A stretch of 64,000 nucleotides of DNA, taken from contig CAZQNA010000001.1 in assembly GCA_964594835.1 (NCBI GenBank), positions 192,989 to 256,988 of the forward strand, written 5' to 3'. A program made the position numbers and the translations under genes. Every line of letters starts with the position of its first letter. The stretch's first letter is position 1. Below, in pieces: positions 19,349-28,164 of the stretch. This DNA is from an uncultured Nitrososphaerota archaeon (GTDB taxonomy: Archaea; Korarchaeota; Korarchaeia; Korarchaeales; Korarchaeaceae). The notes below the pieces were generated by a model that did no database searches, was not told the origin of the DNA, and worked only from the letters and a program-made list of their open reading frames with translations.

Positions 19349-19363
19349 CCCCCGGCCGCCGGC

Positions 19364-20146
19364 TCACCTTAGGCCGTACACCTCAAGGGCGTTGGAGGTC
19401 GTGATCTCCGCCAGCTCCTCCGGCTTCATCCCCTTGGCCTTGGCCAGGAATCTCACGGACTTCACTATGTTCGCCGGCTCGTTTCTGCCCTTCGAGTCTG
19501 GGCTCAGGACGGGTGAATCGCTCTCCAGCACCATGTAATCGACTGGGGTAGCCTCGGCCACCTTCTGGACGTTCGAGCTCTTCACGACGTTGGTGGCGAT
19601 GCTCACGTACCACCCCCTCTCCACCGCGGTCTTCACGTCCTTCTGAGATCCTCCAAAGGCGTGGAGCACGACTCTGGTGGCCCCCTCATCCTCCAGCACC
19701 CTGAGGACGGGCCTCTGGGCCCACAGGCTGTGGACGACGATGGGCTTGTCTATCTCCTCGGCCAGCCTGATGAACCTCCTGAAGACCTCCTCCTGCCTCT
19801 TCCTGACGGACTCCTGCTTGGCTATCCTGTAGTCCATGCCCACCTCGCCCACTGCGACTATGTCCCTCTCGTTCTCCAGGATCAGCCTCTCCACCGCCTT
19901 TATCTCGGACTCATCGTCCGCGTCCCTCGGGTCAAGCCCAAGGGAGACGTGAACCACGGTGGACGGGAGGAAGAGCCTGAGCGCCCTCTCCCCCTCCTCG
20001 CTGTCGAGGGAGGAGGAGACCATCCCGACGACGCCGGCCCTCACCGCCCTGTCTATGACCTCCCACCTGTCGTCGTCGAAGGCGGGATCCTCTAGGTGGC
20101 AGTGGGCGTCGAACAGCCTCAGCGGCGGCATCTCAGTTTCGCGCAC
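19364..20146 (-). CDS. tatD: TatD family nuclease
   Basis: DAHCHL, VGEVGMD, VVHS, LHAF, LESDSP and RNEP motifs. Confidence 0.92.
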   Translation of the reverse strand: MRETEMPPLRLFDAHCHLEDPAFDDDRWEVIDRAVRAGVVGMVSSSLDSEEGERALRLFLPSTVVHVSLGLDPRDADDESEIKAVERLILENERDIVAVGEVGMDYRIAKQESVRKRQEEVFRRFIRLAEEIDKPIVVHSLWAQRPVLRVLEDEGATRVVLHAFGGSQKDVKTAVERGWYVSIATNVVKSSNVQKVAEATPVDYMVLESDSPVLSPDSKGRNEPANIVKSVRFLAKAKGMKPEELAEITTSNALEVYGLR

Positions 20147-20207
20147 ATGAGGGGTAAATATGTTGTTCCATCGTGGCCCTGCGGCTCCTCAAGCTGCACG
20201 CTTGAAC

Positions 20208-21257
20208 TCAGGCCAGGCTGAGCCCCCTCGTCGGCAGGGGAACCACCTCCCCTCCCCTGAGGACCACGAGGTGGGTCACCTTCGACTCGTGGCAGTCCAC
20301 GACCGCGAGGCCCGAGTCCCCCGGCCACCCCTCCACCCTCAGCTCTGCCCAGGGGCCCGGGACGCCGGAGGTCCACAGAGCGACGGGATCGCTCAGGTCG
20401 TCGAGTGGCGCCTCTCCAATAACCCTCGCCCTTCCCCCGTGGGCCTCTACCATGTAGGCCCTCCCCCCCGACACGAGCCAGGCCTCCCAGCCGGGAGGAG
20501 TTGCGAGCGCCGCCGAGACCCCAGACGGGAGGGCCTTAGAGGCGTCGTGGATGAAGTCCGGCAGGCGGGCCAGCCTGTGCTTCATCAGCTTCACGGCGTG
20601 CGACACTGGGGCCAGTATGGCCCCGGTGAGCCTGGGCTCCCTCACCGCGAGGACTCGCCCGCCCTCCCCCAAGAGGACGGCAGCCCTGCCGACCTCTAGG
20701 GCCAGGTGCCCGTCGCTCCCGGCCGTCCAGGGGAGGCCGAGCTCCAGGGCCAGGGACCGAGCCCTCCTGTTTGACTCCCGCGGGGACCGAGAGTTGGCCC
20801 CCTCGACGGCGTCGATCGCCTGAGCGATCTCCCTAACCCCCTCGAGCCTCATGGCGTTCTTCCGGGTCCAGTCGCCGGGGTGGGGAACGGTGACGAGGCC
20901 GCCCTGCTCTCTGATCTCCTCCACGGTCTCCAGGGGGTCCCTGTTCTGCCGTACCCAGTCTGAGAGGTTGAGCCCGATGACCTCCCCGCCGGAGGTCTTG
21001 ATCTCCTCCCCGGGGATCACCGCGATGCCGAACCTCTCGGCCGCCCGCCTCAGGTCTCGGAATGCCAGGGTCTCACCGTGGTCGGTCACCGCCAGCCCGG
21101 AGAGGCCCCTCCTGCTCGCCCACCTCGCCACCGACGAGGGCCTGGAGGGGGAGTCCCTCGACCACATGGTGTGCAGGTGGAGGTCGTACCAGCCTGGGGG
21201 GACGTCCAGCTTGAGCCTCATACCATCGGGAGCCTCTATCACCGGCAGAGGAACCAC
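20208..21257 (-). CDS. PHP-domain phosphoesterase with C-terminal extension
   Basis: DLHLHT, AVTDH, GEE, PHP and GSDGH motifs. Confidence 0.8.
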   Translation of the reverse strand: MVPLPVIEAPDGMRLKLDVPPGWYDLHLHTMWSRDSPSRPSSVARWASRRGLSGLAVTDHGETLAFRDLRRAAERFGIAVIPGEEIKTSGGEVIGLNLSDWVRQNRDPLETVEEIREQGGLVTVPHPGDWTRKNAMRLEGVREIAQAIDAVEGANSRSPRESNRRARSLALELGLPWTAGSDGHLALEVGRAAVLLGEGGRVLAVREPRLTGAILAPVSHAVKLMKHRLARLPDFIHDASKALPSGVSAALATPPGWEAWLVSGGRAYMVEAHGGRARVIGEAPLDDLSDPVALWTSGVPGPWAELRVEGWPGDSGLAVVDCHESKVTHLVVLRGGEVVPLPTRGLSLA

Positions 21258-21302
21258 CTTCCCCCGGACGCCTGATCTCTCTTGGGGCCGGGCGCGGGCA
21301 GA

Positions 21303-21596
21303 TCAGAGGTCCTCCAGCCCGTCGTCCAGGGGCTCGAACTCCTCCAGCTCAACCTCCTCCAGCTCAAAGTCCACGTCCTCCAGCTCTATCTCCTCCATCC
21401 CCTCCAGCTCGGCCAGGTCGAAGTCCTCCTCCTCGAACTCGAGTTCCTCCTCCCTCAGCTCCACCAGCTGGACCGAGCCTCCCTTGATCGCGGCGAACAT
21501 CCTCGCGCCGCAGTCGGGGCACTCCACCTCCCCCTGGAAGTCGGGGGATTCCACGGCGATCCGAGCCCCGCAGATGGGACACTCCACCTCGGGCAT
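21303..21596 (-). CDS. LysW-like zinc-ribbon protein with long acidic tail
   Basis: 97 aa; ECPICG...ECPDCG, and 28 of the last 49 residues are D/E. AT-rich TATA-like element about 25-35 nt upstream. Confidence 0.75.
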   Translation of the reverse strand: MPEVECPICGARIAVESPDFQGEVECPDCGARMFAAIKGGSVQLVELREEELEFEEEDFDLAELEGMEEIELEDVDFELEEVELEEFEPLDDGLEDL

Positions 21597-21643
21597 TTCC
21601 GGGCCCGCGGACTGCGGCGGTATAAAATTAACCCTCCGCGGGC

Positions 21644-22564
21644 CTAAGCCAGCCTCTCCGGGACCCTGCCGCCGAGCCTCTCCACGAGCCTGCAGAAGGA
21701 GCACACCTCGGTCCTGCTCGGATATCCGCACCTGGAACACTCCCTGAACCCCTCCATCCTCTCGCCCAGCAGGCCAGCCCGCCTCGCAAGCTCCCTCACC
21801 GAGTCCACGAAGTTCACGGTGCTCGTGGGCCAGAGCGAGCGGAGGTCGTTCAGGAGGGGCTTGATGATCGCCTGCTTGTCCTGGCCCTCGTGCGGGCACT
21901 TGGTCGAGCACCGGGTGGCGCCGACGATCCTCACGTAGGTCTCGGCGTCGGAGTCGCTCAGCCAGAAGAGGGGCCTCACCCTACCGACCAGCTTCAGCTC
22001 CGGGATGGGCGGGGTCACCGAGTCGAGGGAGCGGAGGTAGGCGATGTTGTGGGTGATCATGTTGTTGAGGGCGAAGTAGGCCATGTCGTCCAGGTTGTGC
22101 CCCGTCGCGACGTAGTCGTAGCCCGCCTCGTGGGCCACCCTGTTCAGGATGTACCTCGTCACCGTCCCGCAGACCACGCACGCGAAGGACGGGTCATCCG
22201 GCACCCGGATGCCGAGGTCGTCCCTCAGCGAGACGTAGTGCCTCCTGGCCCCCGTCTCGGAGACCGCCCTCTCAAACACCTCGACGCAGGCCTCGTTGCC
22301 CGACACGCCCACGTCTATCATCAGGGCCCCCAGGTCTAGGCGAAACTCCTCGGCCAGCTCGGAAAGGGAGTAGAGCGCGGCTATTGAGTCCTTACCGCCG
22401 GAGACCCCCACGAGAACCCTTCTCCCCTTACCCATCTTCCTGAGGACCCTGATCACCCTCTTCCTGAAGTAGCGGAGGAAGTGCTCCGTGCAGACCCTCC
22501 CCCCGAGGTTCGGAACGAAGTGCTCCCCGGGGTTCCGGCAGTAGAGGCAGCGCTCGACGGCCAT
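21644..22564 (-). CDS. TtuA/TtcA family tRNA thiolation ATP pyrophosphatase
   Basis: N- and C-terminal zinc fingers, SGGKDS, CVVC, ATGHNLDD and CP. Confidence 0.85.
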   Translation of the reverse strand: MAVERCLYCRNPGEHFVPNLGGRVCTEHFLRYFRKRVIRVLRKMGKGRRVLVGVSGGKDSIAALYSLSELAEEFRLDLGALMIDVGVSGNEACVEVFERAVSETGARRHYVSLRDDLGIRVPDDPSFACVVCGTVTRYILNRVAHEAGYDYVATGHNLDDMAYFALNNMITHNIAYLRSLDSVTPPIPELKLVGRVRPLFWLSDSDAETYVRIVGATRCSTKCPHEGQDKQAIIKPLLNDLRSLWPTSTVNFVDSVRELARRAGLLGERMEGFRECSRCGYPSRTEVCSFCRLVERLGGRVPERLA

Positions 22565-22610
22565 CGCCCGAGCGCGGCCTCTCACCAAAATAACCGAACC
22601 GATTCCCCTA

Positions 22611-23525
22611 TCAGGCGAGTCTCAGCAGCTTGGCGATCATCGTCTTGAGGGCTCCCAAGAGGATCACCCTCGTTACCGCGCCGCCTGGGGCCTCCCAAAC
22701 CTCGGAGCTGGCCTCCTCGCTGAACTCCACGTTCACCCCCTTGAAGAGCACCGCCGGGATCCCCTCGTCGGCCTGCCCCATGATGAGGGCAGCCGCTGCC
22801 GCCAGCTCGTCGGCGACGGAGTCGTCCCCGCCGAACTTCGGCCTCCCGAAGTAATCCCTGGCCCCGAAGCGCCTGCGCACCGGGAACACGTTTGCCACGC
22901 CCACCGCGACGTCGATGGAGCCTATCTTCATGGGCTGGAACTCCGTGTCGGAGAGGATCACCCCGACCCTGGCCCCCGTGAGCTCCCGAATTCGGTCGGC
23001 TATCTCCCTCGCCTCCGCGTCTGGATCCGGCGGCAGGAGGCAGACGTGCCCCTCCGGGCAGTTGGAGTAGTCCATGCCCGCGTCGAGGAGGGTGAGCCCC
23101 CTGACCCGCATCAGCATCACGTCCCCAGCGGATTCCACCATTCGCCTCGCCTCCTCCGGGTCCTCCGAGAACCTCTCCGGGAACCCGGTCCCCCGGGTGG
23201 CCCTGGAGAATGGCATTATGAAGACGAGGCTCCCGCCCCTCCTTATGACTTCGGCCTCCCAGGGCTCTCTGCTTGAGAGTTTGGCCAGCAACCTGCTCCT
23301 GAACCCAGCGTCAACGCTCTCCGGCTTGGCGACGTATCCCTTGGCCCTCGATACCACCTTGCTGGCCACCACAACGACGTCTCCGTCCTCGATCCTCTCC
23401 CCAACATCCTCGGCGGCCCTCACGATGAGTTCTCCGAGGTCATCTCCCTTCCCAACCGTCGGGAGCCTGAGACCTATCATCCGGACGATCGGAGGGGCGG
23501 CGGGTCGAGGCGAGTCGTCGTTCAT
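22611..23525 (-). CDS. CofE-like (F420-0:gamma-glutamyl ligase family) protein
   Basis: GDDL, GDVVVVASKVVS, AGMDYSN, LLPPDPD, ILSDT, DELAAAA and GQADEGIP. Confidence 0.8.
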   Translation of the reverse strand: MNDDSPRPAAPPIVRMIGLRLPTVGKGDDLGELIVRAAEDVGERIEDGDVVVVASKVVSRAKGYVAKPESVDAGFRSRLLAKLSSREPWEAEVIRRGGSLVFIMPFSRATRGTGFPERFSEDPEEARRMVESAGDVMLMRVRGLTLLDAGMDYSNCPEGHVCLLPPDPDAEAREIADRIRELTGARVGVILSDTEFQPMKIGSIDVAVGVANVFPVRRRFGARDYFGRPKFGGDDSVADELAAAAALIMGQADEGIPAVLFKGVNVEFSEEASSEVWEAPGGAVTRVILLGALKTMIAKLLRLA

Positions 23526-23682
23526 TTGACGCCGCTTCCCCAGCTGGGCTTTTAAGCAGACCGCGACGATTTTTCCGGATGGGGCCCCCTACCGGAACTC
23601 GCTGGTGGTTCGAGAGTAGAACCCGCCTTCCATCACTTATATGGGGGCGGGCGGGAGGGCGGGCCGAGGAGCCTGGCCGGGT

Positions 23683-25095
23683 GTGAGTGCGTTGGGCGCG
23701 GAAGCCAGAGGCCTTCGACTCACGATTCAGGAGGTCGTCGCGGCCGCCTGGATCGTGGTGGGTGTCGTCGTCGTGGCCTTCACGTCTCACCAGTGGAGCT
23801 TCAGCCCCCTGACCCAGGCGGAGTTCCTCCTGCGCTTCACGGGACTCCTGGGGGCGATGGTGTTCACCGCCCTGCTCTACACGGCCTGGAGGTCGAGGGT
23901 GGAGGCCCTGCTCTCCGGGCACTGGAGGGGGGTCCTGGCGGGCCTGACGGTCATGGTGATGTTCGGCTGGCTGGACGTGGTGGAGACGGTCTTCGAGGTA
24001 CCATCCGCCGTTCACTTCTACAAGCTCGGATGCACCGTCCTCGCCACCGTCGTTGCCGGGTGGAGCCTCGTCAGCTACCTCAGCGACCTCACCAGGGGGA
24101 TCACGGCGACAAGGGCGGCTCCGAAGGTTGACCCCCTGATGGCCCTGATCGGTTGGCTGGCCCTGGTCATTGGAATGGTTCTCGCCCTGAGGCCGTGGGA
24201 CTGGCCCGTAATGGCGAGCCCCCACGTCAGGGAGGTCCCGTTCGATCTGATCAACCTGGTCTTCGACGCCTCGCTGGGAACGAAGCTCCTCCTAGAGTCG
24301 AGGAGGTCGGACTACCCGGCCAGGTGGCTCCTGAGGTGCGGGTCCTCGGCGTTGTACCTTGGGGCCACCGCCAGCGTTTTCACCACGCTGGACGACACCC
24401 TGGTGATTCCTCACGTCGTCAGACTGGTGGGAGTGAGCGGGAGCGCATCCCTCGCCCTCCTGCTGGCCGTGTCTCTTTTGACCTACTACCTGCTAGGGAC
24501 CACGGCCCTCCGGCCCCCAGAGCGCATCCCCGAGATCCCCTCCGCCGAGGCGCCGAGCGGCCCGACGAGGACCCCGCCCCCCAGGGAGTGGGGGGTCCTG
24601 GGCAGGCTCTCGGGGAGGGTCATACTCTTCGAGGTCCCGACCCAGAGGGGCTACGCGGAGGCCCTGGAGGGCCTCGTCGAGCACATCAAGGCGGAGGGTT
24701 ACAGGGTCGTCCTCATAGGCAGGAGGTCCTCGCCCGCGGCCCCCAGGGTGGCCAGGCACGCCTCGCTGACCCTCTACATCTCGGCCGGGCGGGCGGGTCC
24801 GCCCAGGCAGGTGGGGGTCGGGGAGTTCGAGATAGGCGCGGACCCTGCCATGATACTGGGGATGATATCGAGGGCCCGTGAGGAGGGGGACAGGCTTGCG
24901 GTGGTGGTGGAGGACACGTCTGGCCTCCTGGTCCTCCTGGGCGGGGAGAGCACCTACAGGCTGCTCAGGGCGCTGATCGATCAGCTGGCCGAGCACGACT
25001 CGGTAGTCGTGATGGTCCTCCCGCCGGAGGCCCACGATCCCAGGCTGGTCAACCTGCTCAGGAGCCTAGCCACCAACATAATCGACATGACCTGA
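23683..25095 (+). CDS. 8-TM membrane protein with C-terminal inactive KaiC/RecA-like (DUF835-like) domain
   Basis: Eight hydrophobic segments and a C-terminal alpha/beta domain without Walker A. Paralog at 50333-51742. Start 23641 or 23683. Confidence 0.7.
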   Translation: MSALGAEARGLRLTIQEVVAAAWIVVGVVVVAFTSHQWSFSPLTQAEFLLRFTGLLGAMVFTALLYTAWRSRVEALLSGHWRGVLAGLTVMVMFGWLDVVETVFEVPSAVHFYKLGCTVLATVVAGWSLVSYLSDLTRGITATRAAPKVDPLMALIGWLALVIGMVLALRPWDWPVMASPHVREVPFDLINLVFDASLGTKLLLESRRSDYPARWLLRCGSSALYLGATASVFTTLDDTLVIPHVVRLVGVSGSASLALLLAVSLLTYYLLGTTALRPPERIPEIPSAEAPSGPTRTPPPREWGVLGRLSGRVILFEVPTQRGYAEALEGLVEHIKAEGYRVVLIGRRSSPAAPRVARHASLTLYISAGRAGPPRQVGVGEFEIGADPAMILGMISRAREEGDRLAVVVEDTSGLLVLLGGESTYRLLRALIDQLAEHDSVVVMVLPPEAHDPRLVNLLRSLATNIIDMT

Positions 25096-25252
25096 CCGGT
25101 CGGGCTGGCTGTCGCCTCAGCGGTGCACGGCACGACGGACGGTCGTCCAGCTTTCGGTCCCCTGGACCGATGGGCCTCAGAGTTTCGTCAGCGCCCTCGA
25201 ATCCAGCACTGAATCCGGGCAAGGGCTTGGCCTCTTGAGGGAAGAGGGGGAG

Positions 25253-25258
25253 AAAAAA
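25253..25258 (-). terminator. Oligo-T terminator after tRNA-Trp
   Basis: T6 on the minus strand, 11 nt downstream of the CCA end. Confidence 0.6.
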
Positions 25259-25269
25259 GGTTTGAGTAG

Positions 25270-25436
25270 TGGTGGGGCCGGTGGGAGTTCCGCCGGGCCC
25301 ATGTCTTGGCCCGGATTCGAACCCACGACCTACGGGTCTCCCCCTCAGTGCTCCACTGACTGGAGCCCGCCGCCCTGCCTTTCTAGGGCGGCCTCGCCCC
25401 TATCATCGGGAGGCCACCTGGCTAGGCCACGGCCCC
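25270..25436 (-). tRNA. tRNA-Trp(CCA) with three introns (25381-25419, 25338-25359, 25287-25315) and encoded CCA
   Basis: Removing 39+22+29 nt gives a canonical 77-nt cloverleaf: GGGGCCG TG GCCT AGCCAGGCA GGGC G GCGGG CTCCAGA CCCGT AGGTC GTGGG TTCGAAT CCCAC CGGCCCC A CCA. Each junction forms a BHB/BHL motif. Confidence 0.93.
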
Positions 25437-25462
25437 ACCGCGGGTCCTCTCTGACCGGGCAG

Positions 25463-25469
25463 TATATAA
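25463..25469 (-). promoter_or_regulatory. TATA box of tRNA-Trp
   Basis: TTATATA on the minus strand, 27-33 nt upstream of the tRNA 5' end. Confidence 0.7.
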
Positions 25470-25625
25470 CAGTTGCGAGGACCCCCTCCAACCGAACGGG
25501 GCGTGGGAGCGTCCCTTTTCCCGCAGCTTCACCCGTGAGCGACCGAAGTCCCGGCGAGGTCGATCGCCTCGGCCTCCACGCCGCCGACCCTCCTCACCGG
25601 CCCGGCCGGGCGCCGGAGCGCATCA

Positions 25626-25660
25626 TTTATATATGCATTACATTTGTATTGCATTTGTAA
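25626..25660 (+). promoter_or_regulatory. TATA box plus tandem 11-bp repeat operator
   Basis: TTTATATA (25626-25633) followed by ATTACATTTGT ATTGCATTTGT (25637-25658). Confidence 0.6.
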
Positions 25661-25665
25661 TCAAA

Positions 25666-26169
25666 TTGCAAAGCGCGGGAAACGGGGAGGGCCGCAGGGA
25701 GAGGAAGTTCGGGCAGATCACCGTGCGGGGCGTGGATCGCTCCCTCTACAGGCGGCTGAGCCGGATGGCCAGGAGGATGGGGGTGAACGTCGGCACGCTC
25801 CTCAACCAGTCCATGGAACTCTTCCTCTCGATGTTTCCCCACGACGGGGAGTCCCCCCTCCCCGGACGGGCGCTCGGCATCTCGGCCGAGTTCATGAGGG
25901 GCTTCCTAGAGGGGCTTGGGCACGTCGTAGAGGACATAGACGAGCTCACCCTCACGAGGAGAGACCTGTTGGAGGCGGACAGGGAGCTGGTCCTCCTCCG
26001 GATCAAGAGGCTCGAGTTCGCGGACGACGTCGACGAGGAGACCTTCAGGTCTAGGGTGAGGGGAATCTATCGCTGCGGGGAGGTCGTGATCCCCGAGGGT
26101 CTCCCCAAGGTCCTGGTCCTGTCGGTCTGCCGCGGGGTCGGGAAGGTGACGGTGAGAGGCAGGAGGTGA
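25666..26169 (+). CDS. Ribbon-helix-helix regulator with C-terminal domain
   Basis: ITVRGVDRSLYRRLSRMARRMGVNVGTLLNQSM fits an RHH. TTG 25666 chosen as start. Confidence 0.7.
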   Translation: MQSAGNGEGRRERKFGQITVRGVDRSLYRRLSRMARRMGVNVGTLLNQSMELFLSMFPHDGESPLPGRALGISAEFMRGFLEGLGHVVEDIDELTLTRRDLLEADRELVLLRIKRLEFADDVDEETFRSRVRGIYRCGEVVIPEGLPKVLVLSVCRGVGKVTVRGRR

Positions 26170-26175
26170 TCGGCG

Positions 26176-28164
26176 GTGCCGGCGGGGCGATCGGGCGTGG
26201 GCGTCGCAGTCAGGACTCTCGCGATATGGCTAACGGTTGCTCTGGTGATCTCGCTTATCCCTCTCTCCCAGCCTGCGGCCCAGCGGGCGGAGGGAGACGT
26301 CCAGATAGCCGCGGTCAGGTGGGGCTGGGAGTGGGGGTGCGGGGTCTATCCGGGCGACAGGCAGGTTCCCCTCGAGGTCACCTTCGTCAACGGGGAGCAG
26401 GCAGTGGGGGCCATCTCCGTCGTGGCGCACCTGGAGGGACTCCCGTTCCGCGGCGGGGGAGGTGAGGACGATCCGAGGGCCGTCGTTTCGCCGATAGTCG
26501 TATTGCCGGGCGGGGCGTTCGAGGCCACGTTCCTCTTGGATGTCCTGGGGAACGCCACCCCGGGGGTGTACCGGATCCCGCTGACGCTCACCTACCGCAC
26601 CATCGAGGTCGATAGCAGCTCTCCGATCTCGATCAGCTGGGTGAGCAACGACACGTTCGACTCCACCGGAAGGGCCGCGGCGACCCTGCCGGTGCTGACC
26701 TACGGGCCGGAGGTCGAGCAGGAGTCCGTGATCGAGGTGGTCGTCGGCAGGCCCTGCGGGATTCTGTCCTTGGGAGTGACCCAGTATCCGTCCGTGCTCA
26801 GGGCGGGCGACGCCGGCGCCCTGATTATCTCCCTCAGGAACCTGGGCAGGGAGGCCCTCAGGGACGTGCTGGTGGAGGTGGAGCCCGTCGGAATCGGGGC
26901 CAGCTTCCAGGCTGCCGGCGGCTCACCCGGGTTCGACCTCCGGGGCCTGACGACCGGTGGCTCCTCCCTCCAGTCGTCGGGGGTGACCGTGGAGGGGAGG
27001 AGGGAGTTCTTCTTCGAGAGCATACCCCCGATGGGCTCGGCCCGCTTCACCGTGAGCGTGAGGGTGAGCGAGGGCTGCCCCAGGGGCATCTACCAGCTCC
27101 CCGTCAGGGTCTCGTACAGGAGGGTCGACGGGACCCACGTGGAGGAGTTGACCGTGGCGCAGGTCGTCGTCTCCACTCCCCTCAGCAGGCCTGCGTCGAT
27201 AGAGCCGGACAGGCCGCACATCAACATAGTCTCCGCGCTGACATCGCCAGACCCCCTGCCGGTGGGCGGATCAGGCAGCCTGACGATAGTCCTCCTCAAC
27301 GCGGGACCCGGGGACGCTTACGGCCTGTCACTGGACCTCCTCCCAGCCGGCGAGGAGGCGCAGCAGGCGTCGCTGGCCGGACTGATGGGAATGGCGGGTG
27401 GCATGCCGTACATGGGGGCCCCACAGTCCTCGCAGGCTGGGGGCGCCGAGTCTCCGCTGAGGATCCTGAGGGGGGCCAACAGGGTCTTCCTCGGAGACCT
27501 GAAGGCCGGGGAGAACGTCACGGTGAGCTTCGAGGTCGGCGTCGACCCCACTGCGGAGTCGGGCTTCCTGGAGGTTCCCCTCCTGCTGAGGTACCGGGAC
27601 GAACTCGGGAACAGGTACGAGGAGTCCCTCAGGATCGCGATCCCCGTTGCGAGGCGGGCGGAGCTCGCCCTCACCCTCGAGGACTCGCCGGCCCGCCCCG
27701 GTGAGGACGTAACCCTCAGGGGAGACCTCGTGAACCTTGGGGAGGGGGATGCCGAGGGGGTCGTGGTAGAGCTCGTCGACGGCGGCGGGTACTTCAGGCA
27801 GCTCGCCCCGGCCGTGGTGTCGAGAATCCCCGGCGGGGACAGGGAGGATGTCGGCGTACGACTGCTGGTGAGCGACGCGACTCCACCCGGGACTTACGAG
27901 CTGCCTCTCCGCGTATCCTACAGGAGCGGGCTCTCCCAGACAGTTTCCGTCGGGTTCACCGCAGTCGTGGTGGTGGAGTCTCCTTCCCAGACCTCCGGAG
28001 GGGTGAGCTTGAGGTCGCTGGCCCCTTGGATCGCCCTCGCGGCGGGATCCGGGGCGGCGGGCGTCCTCGGCCTCGCGACCGCGAGGAGGAAGCGGGAAGG
28101 GCCGCACTACGAGCCAGAGAACTTTTCCCCGGTTCCTGCCGCGGCTGGGGGTGATGGGGCGTGA
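26176..28164 (+). CDS. COG1361 S-layer-domain / CARDB-like surface protein
   Basis: Signal peptide, repeated Ig-like units (LRNLG, LLNAG, LVNLG, PGxY.L) and a C-terminal TM. Precedes an ABC exporter. Confidence 0.8.
   Translation: MPAGRSGVGVAVRTLAIWLTVALVISLIPLSQPAAQRAEGDVQIAAVRWGWEWGCGVYPGDRQVPLEVTFVNGEQAVGAISVVAHLEGLPFRGGGGEDDPRAVVSPIVVLPGGAFEATFLLDVLGNATPGVYRIPLTLTYRTIEVDSSSPISISWVSNDTFDSTGRAAATLPVLTYGPEVEQESVIEVVVGRPCGILSLGVTQYPSVLRAGDAGALIISLRNLGREALRDVLVEVEPVGIGASFQAAGGSPGFDLRGLTTGGSSLQSSGVTVEGRREFFFESIPPMGSARFTVSVRVSEGCPRGIYQLPVRVSYRRVDGTHVEELTVAQVVVSTPLSRPASIEPDRPHINIVSALTSPDPLPVGGSGSLTIVLLNAGPGDAYGLSLDLLPAGEEAQQASLAGLMGMAGGMPYMGAPQSSQAGGAESPLRILRGANRVFLGDLKAGENVTVSFEVGVDPTAESGFLEVPLLLRYRDELGNRYEESLRIAIPVARRAELALTLEDSPARPGEDVTLRGDLVNLGEGDAEGVVVELVDGGGYFRQLAPAVVSRIPGGDREDVGVRLLVSDATPPGTYELPLRVSYRSGLSQTVSVGFTAVVVVESPSQTSGGVSLRSLAPWIALAAGSGAAGVLGLATARRKREGPHYEPENFSPVPAAAGGDGA

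Noticed and set aside
21303-21450. Repetitive GAG-rich DNA as a possible tandem repeat or CRISPR
   Set aside because: Explained by Glu-rich coding; there is no repeat-spacer structure.
25140-25195. Hammerhead-like words on the minus strand (CTGACGA ... GGTCC-AGG-GGACC-GAAA)
   Set aside because: CUGANGA does not directly abut the stem preceding GAAA, and stems I and III could not be built.
25338-25359. Box C/D guide RNA inside the tRNA-Trp anticodon intron, as in many Euryarchaeota
   Set aside because: The intron is only 22 nt with no C box. The GATGATA in intron 1 has no partner D box.
25235-25660. 141-aa and 61-aa ORFs over the tRNA locus
   Set aside because: Antisense shadows of the tRNA and promoters, with non-protein-like composition.
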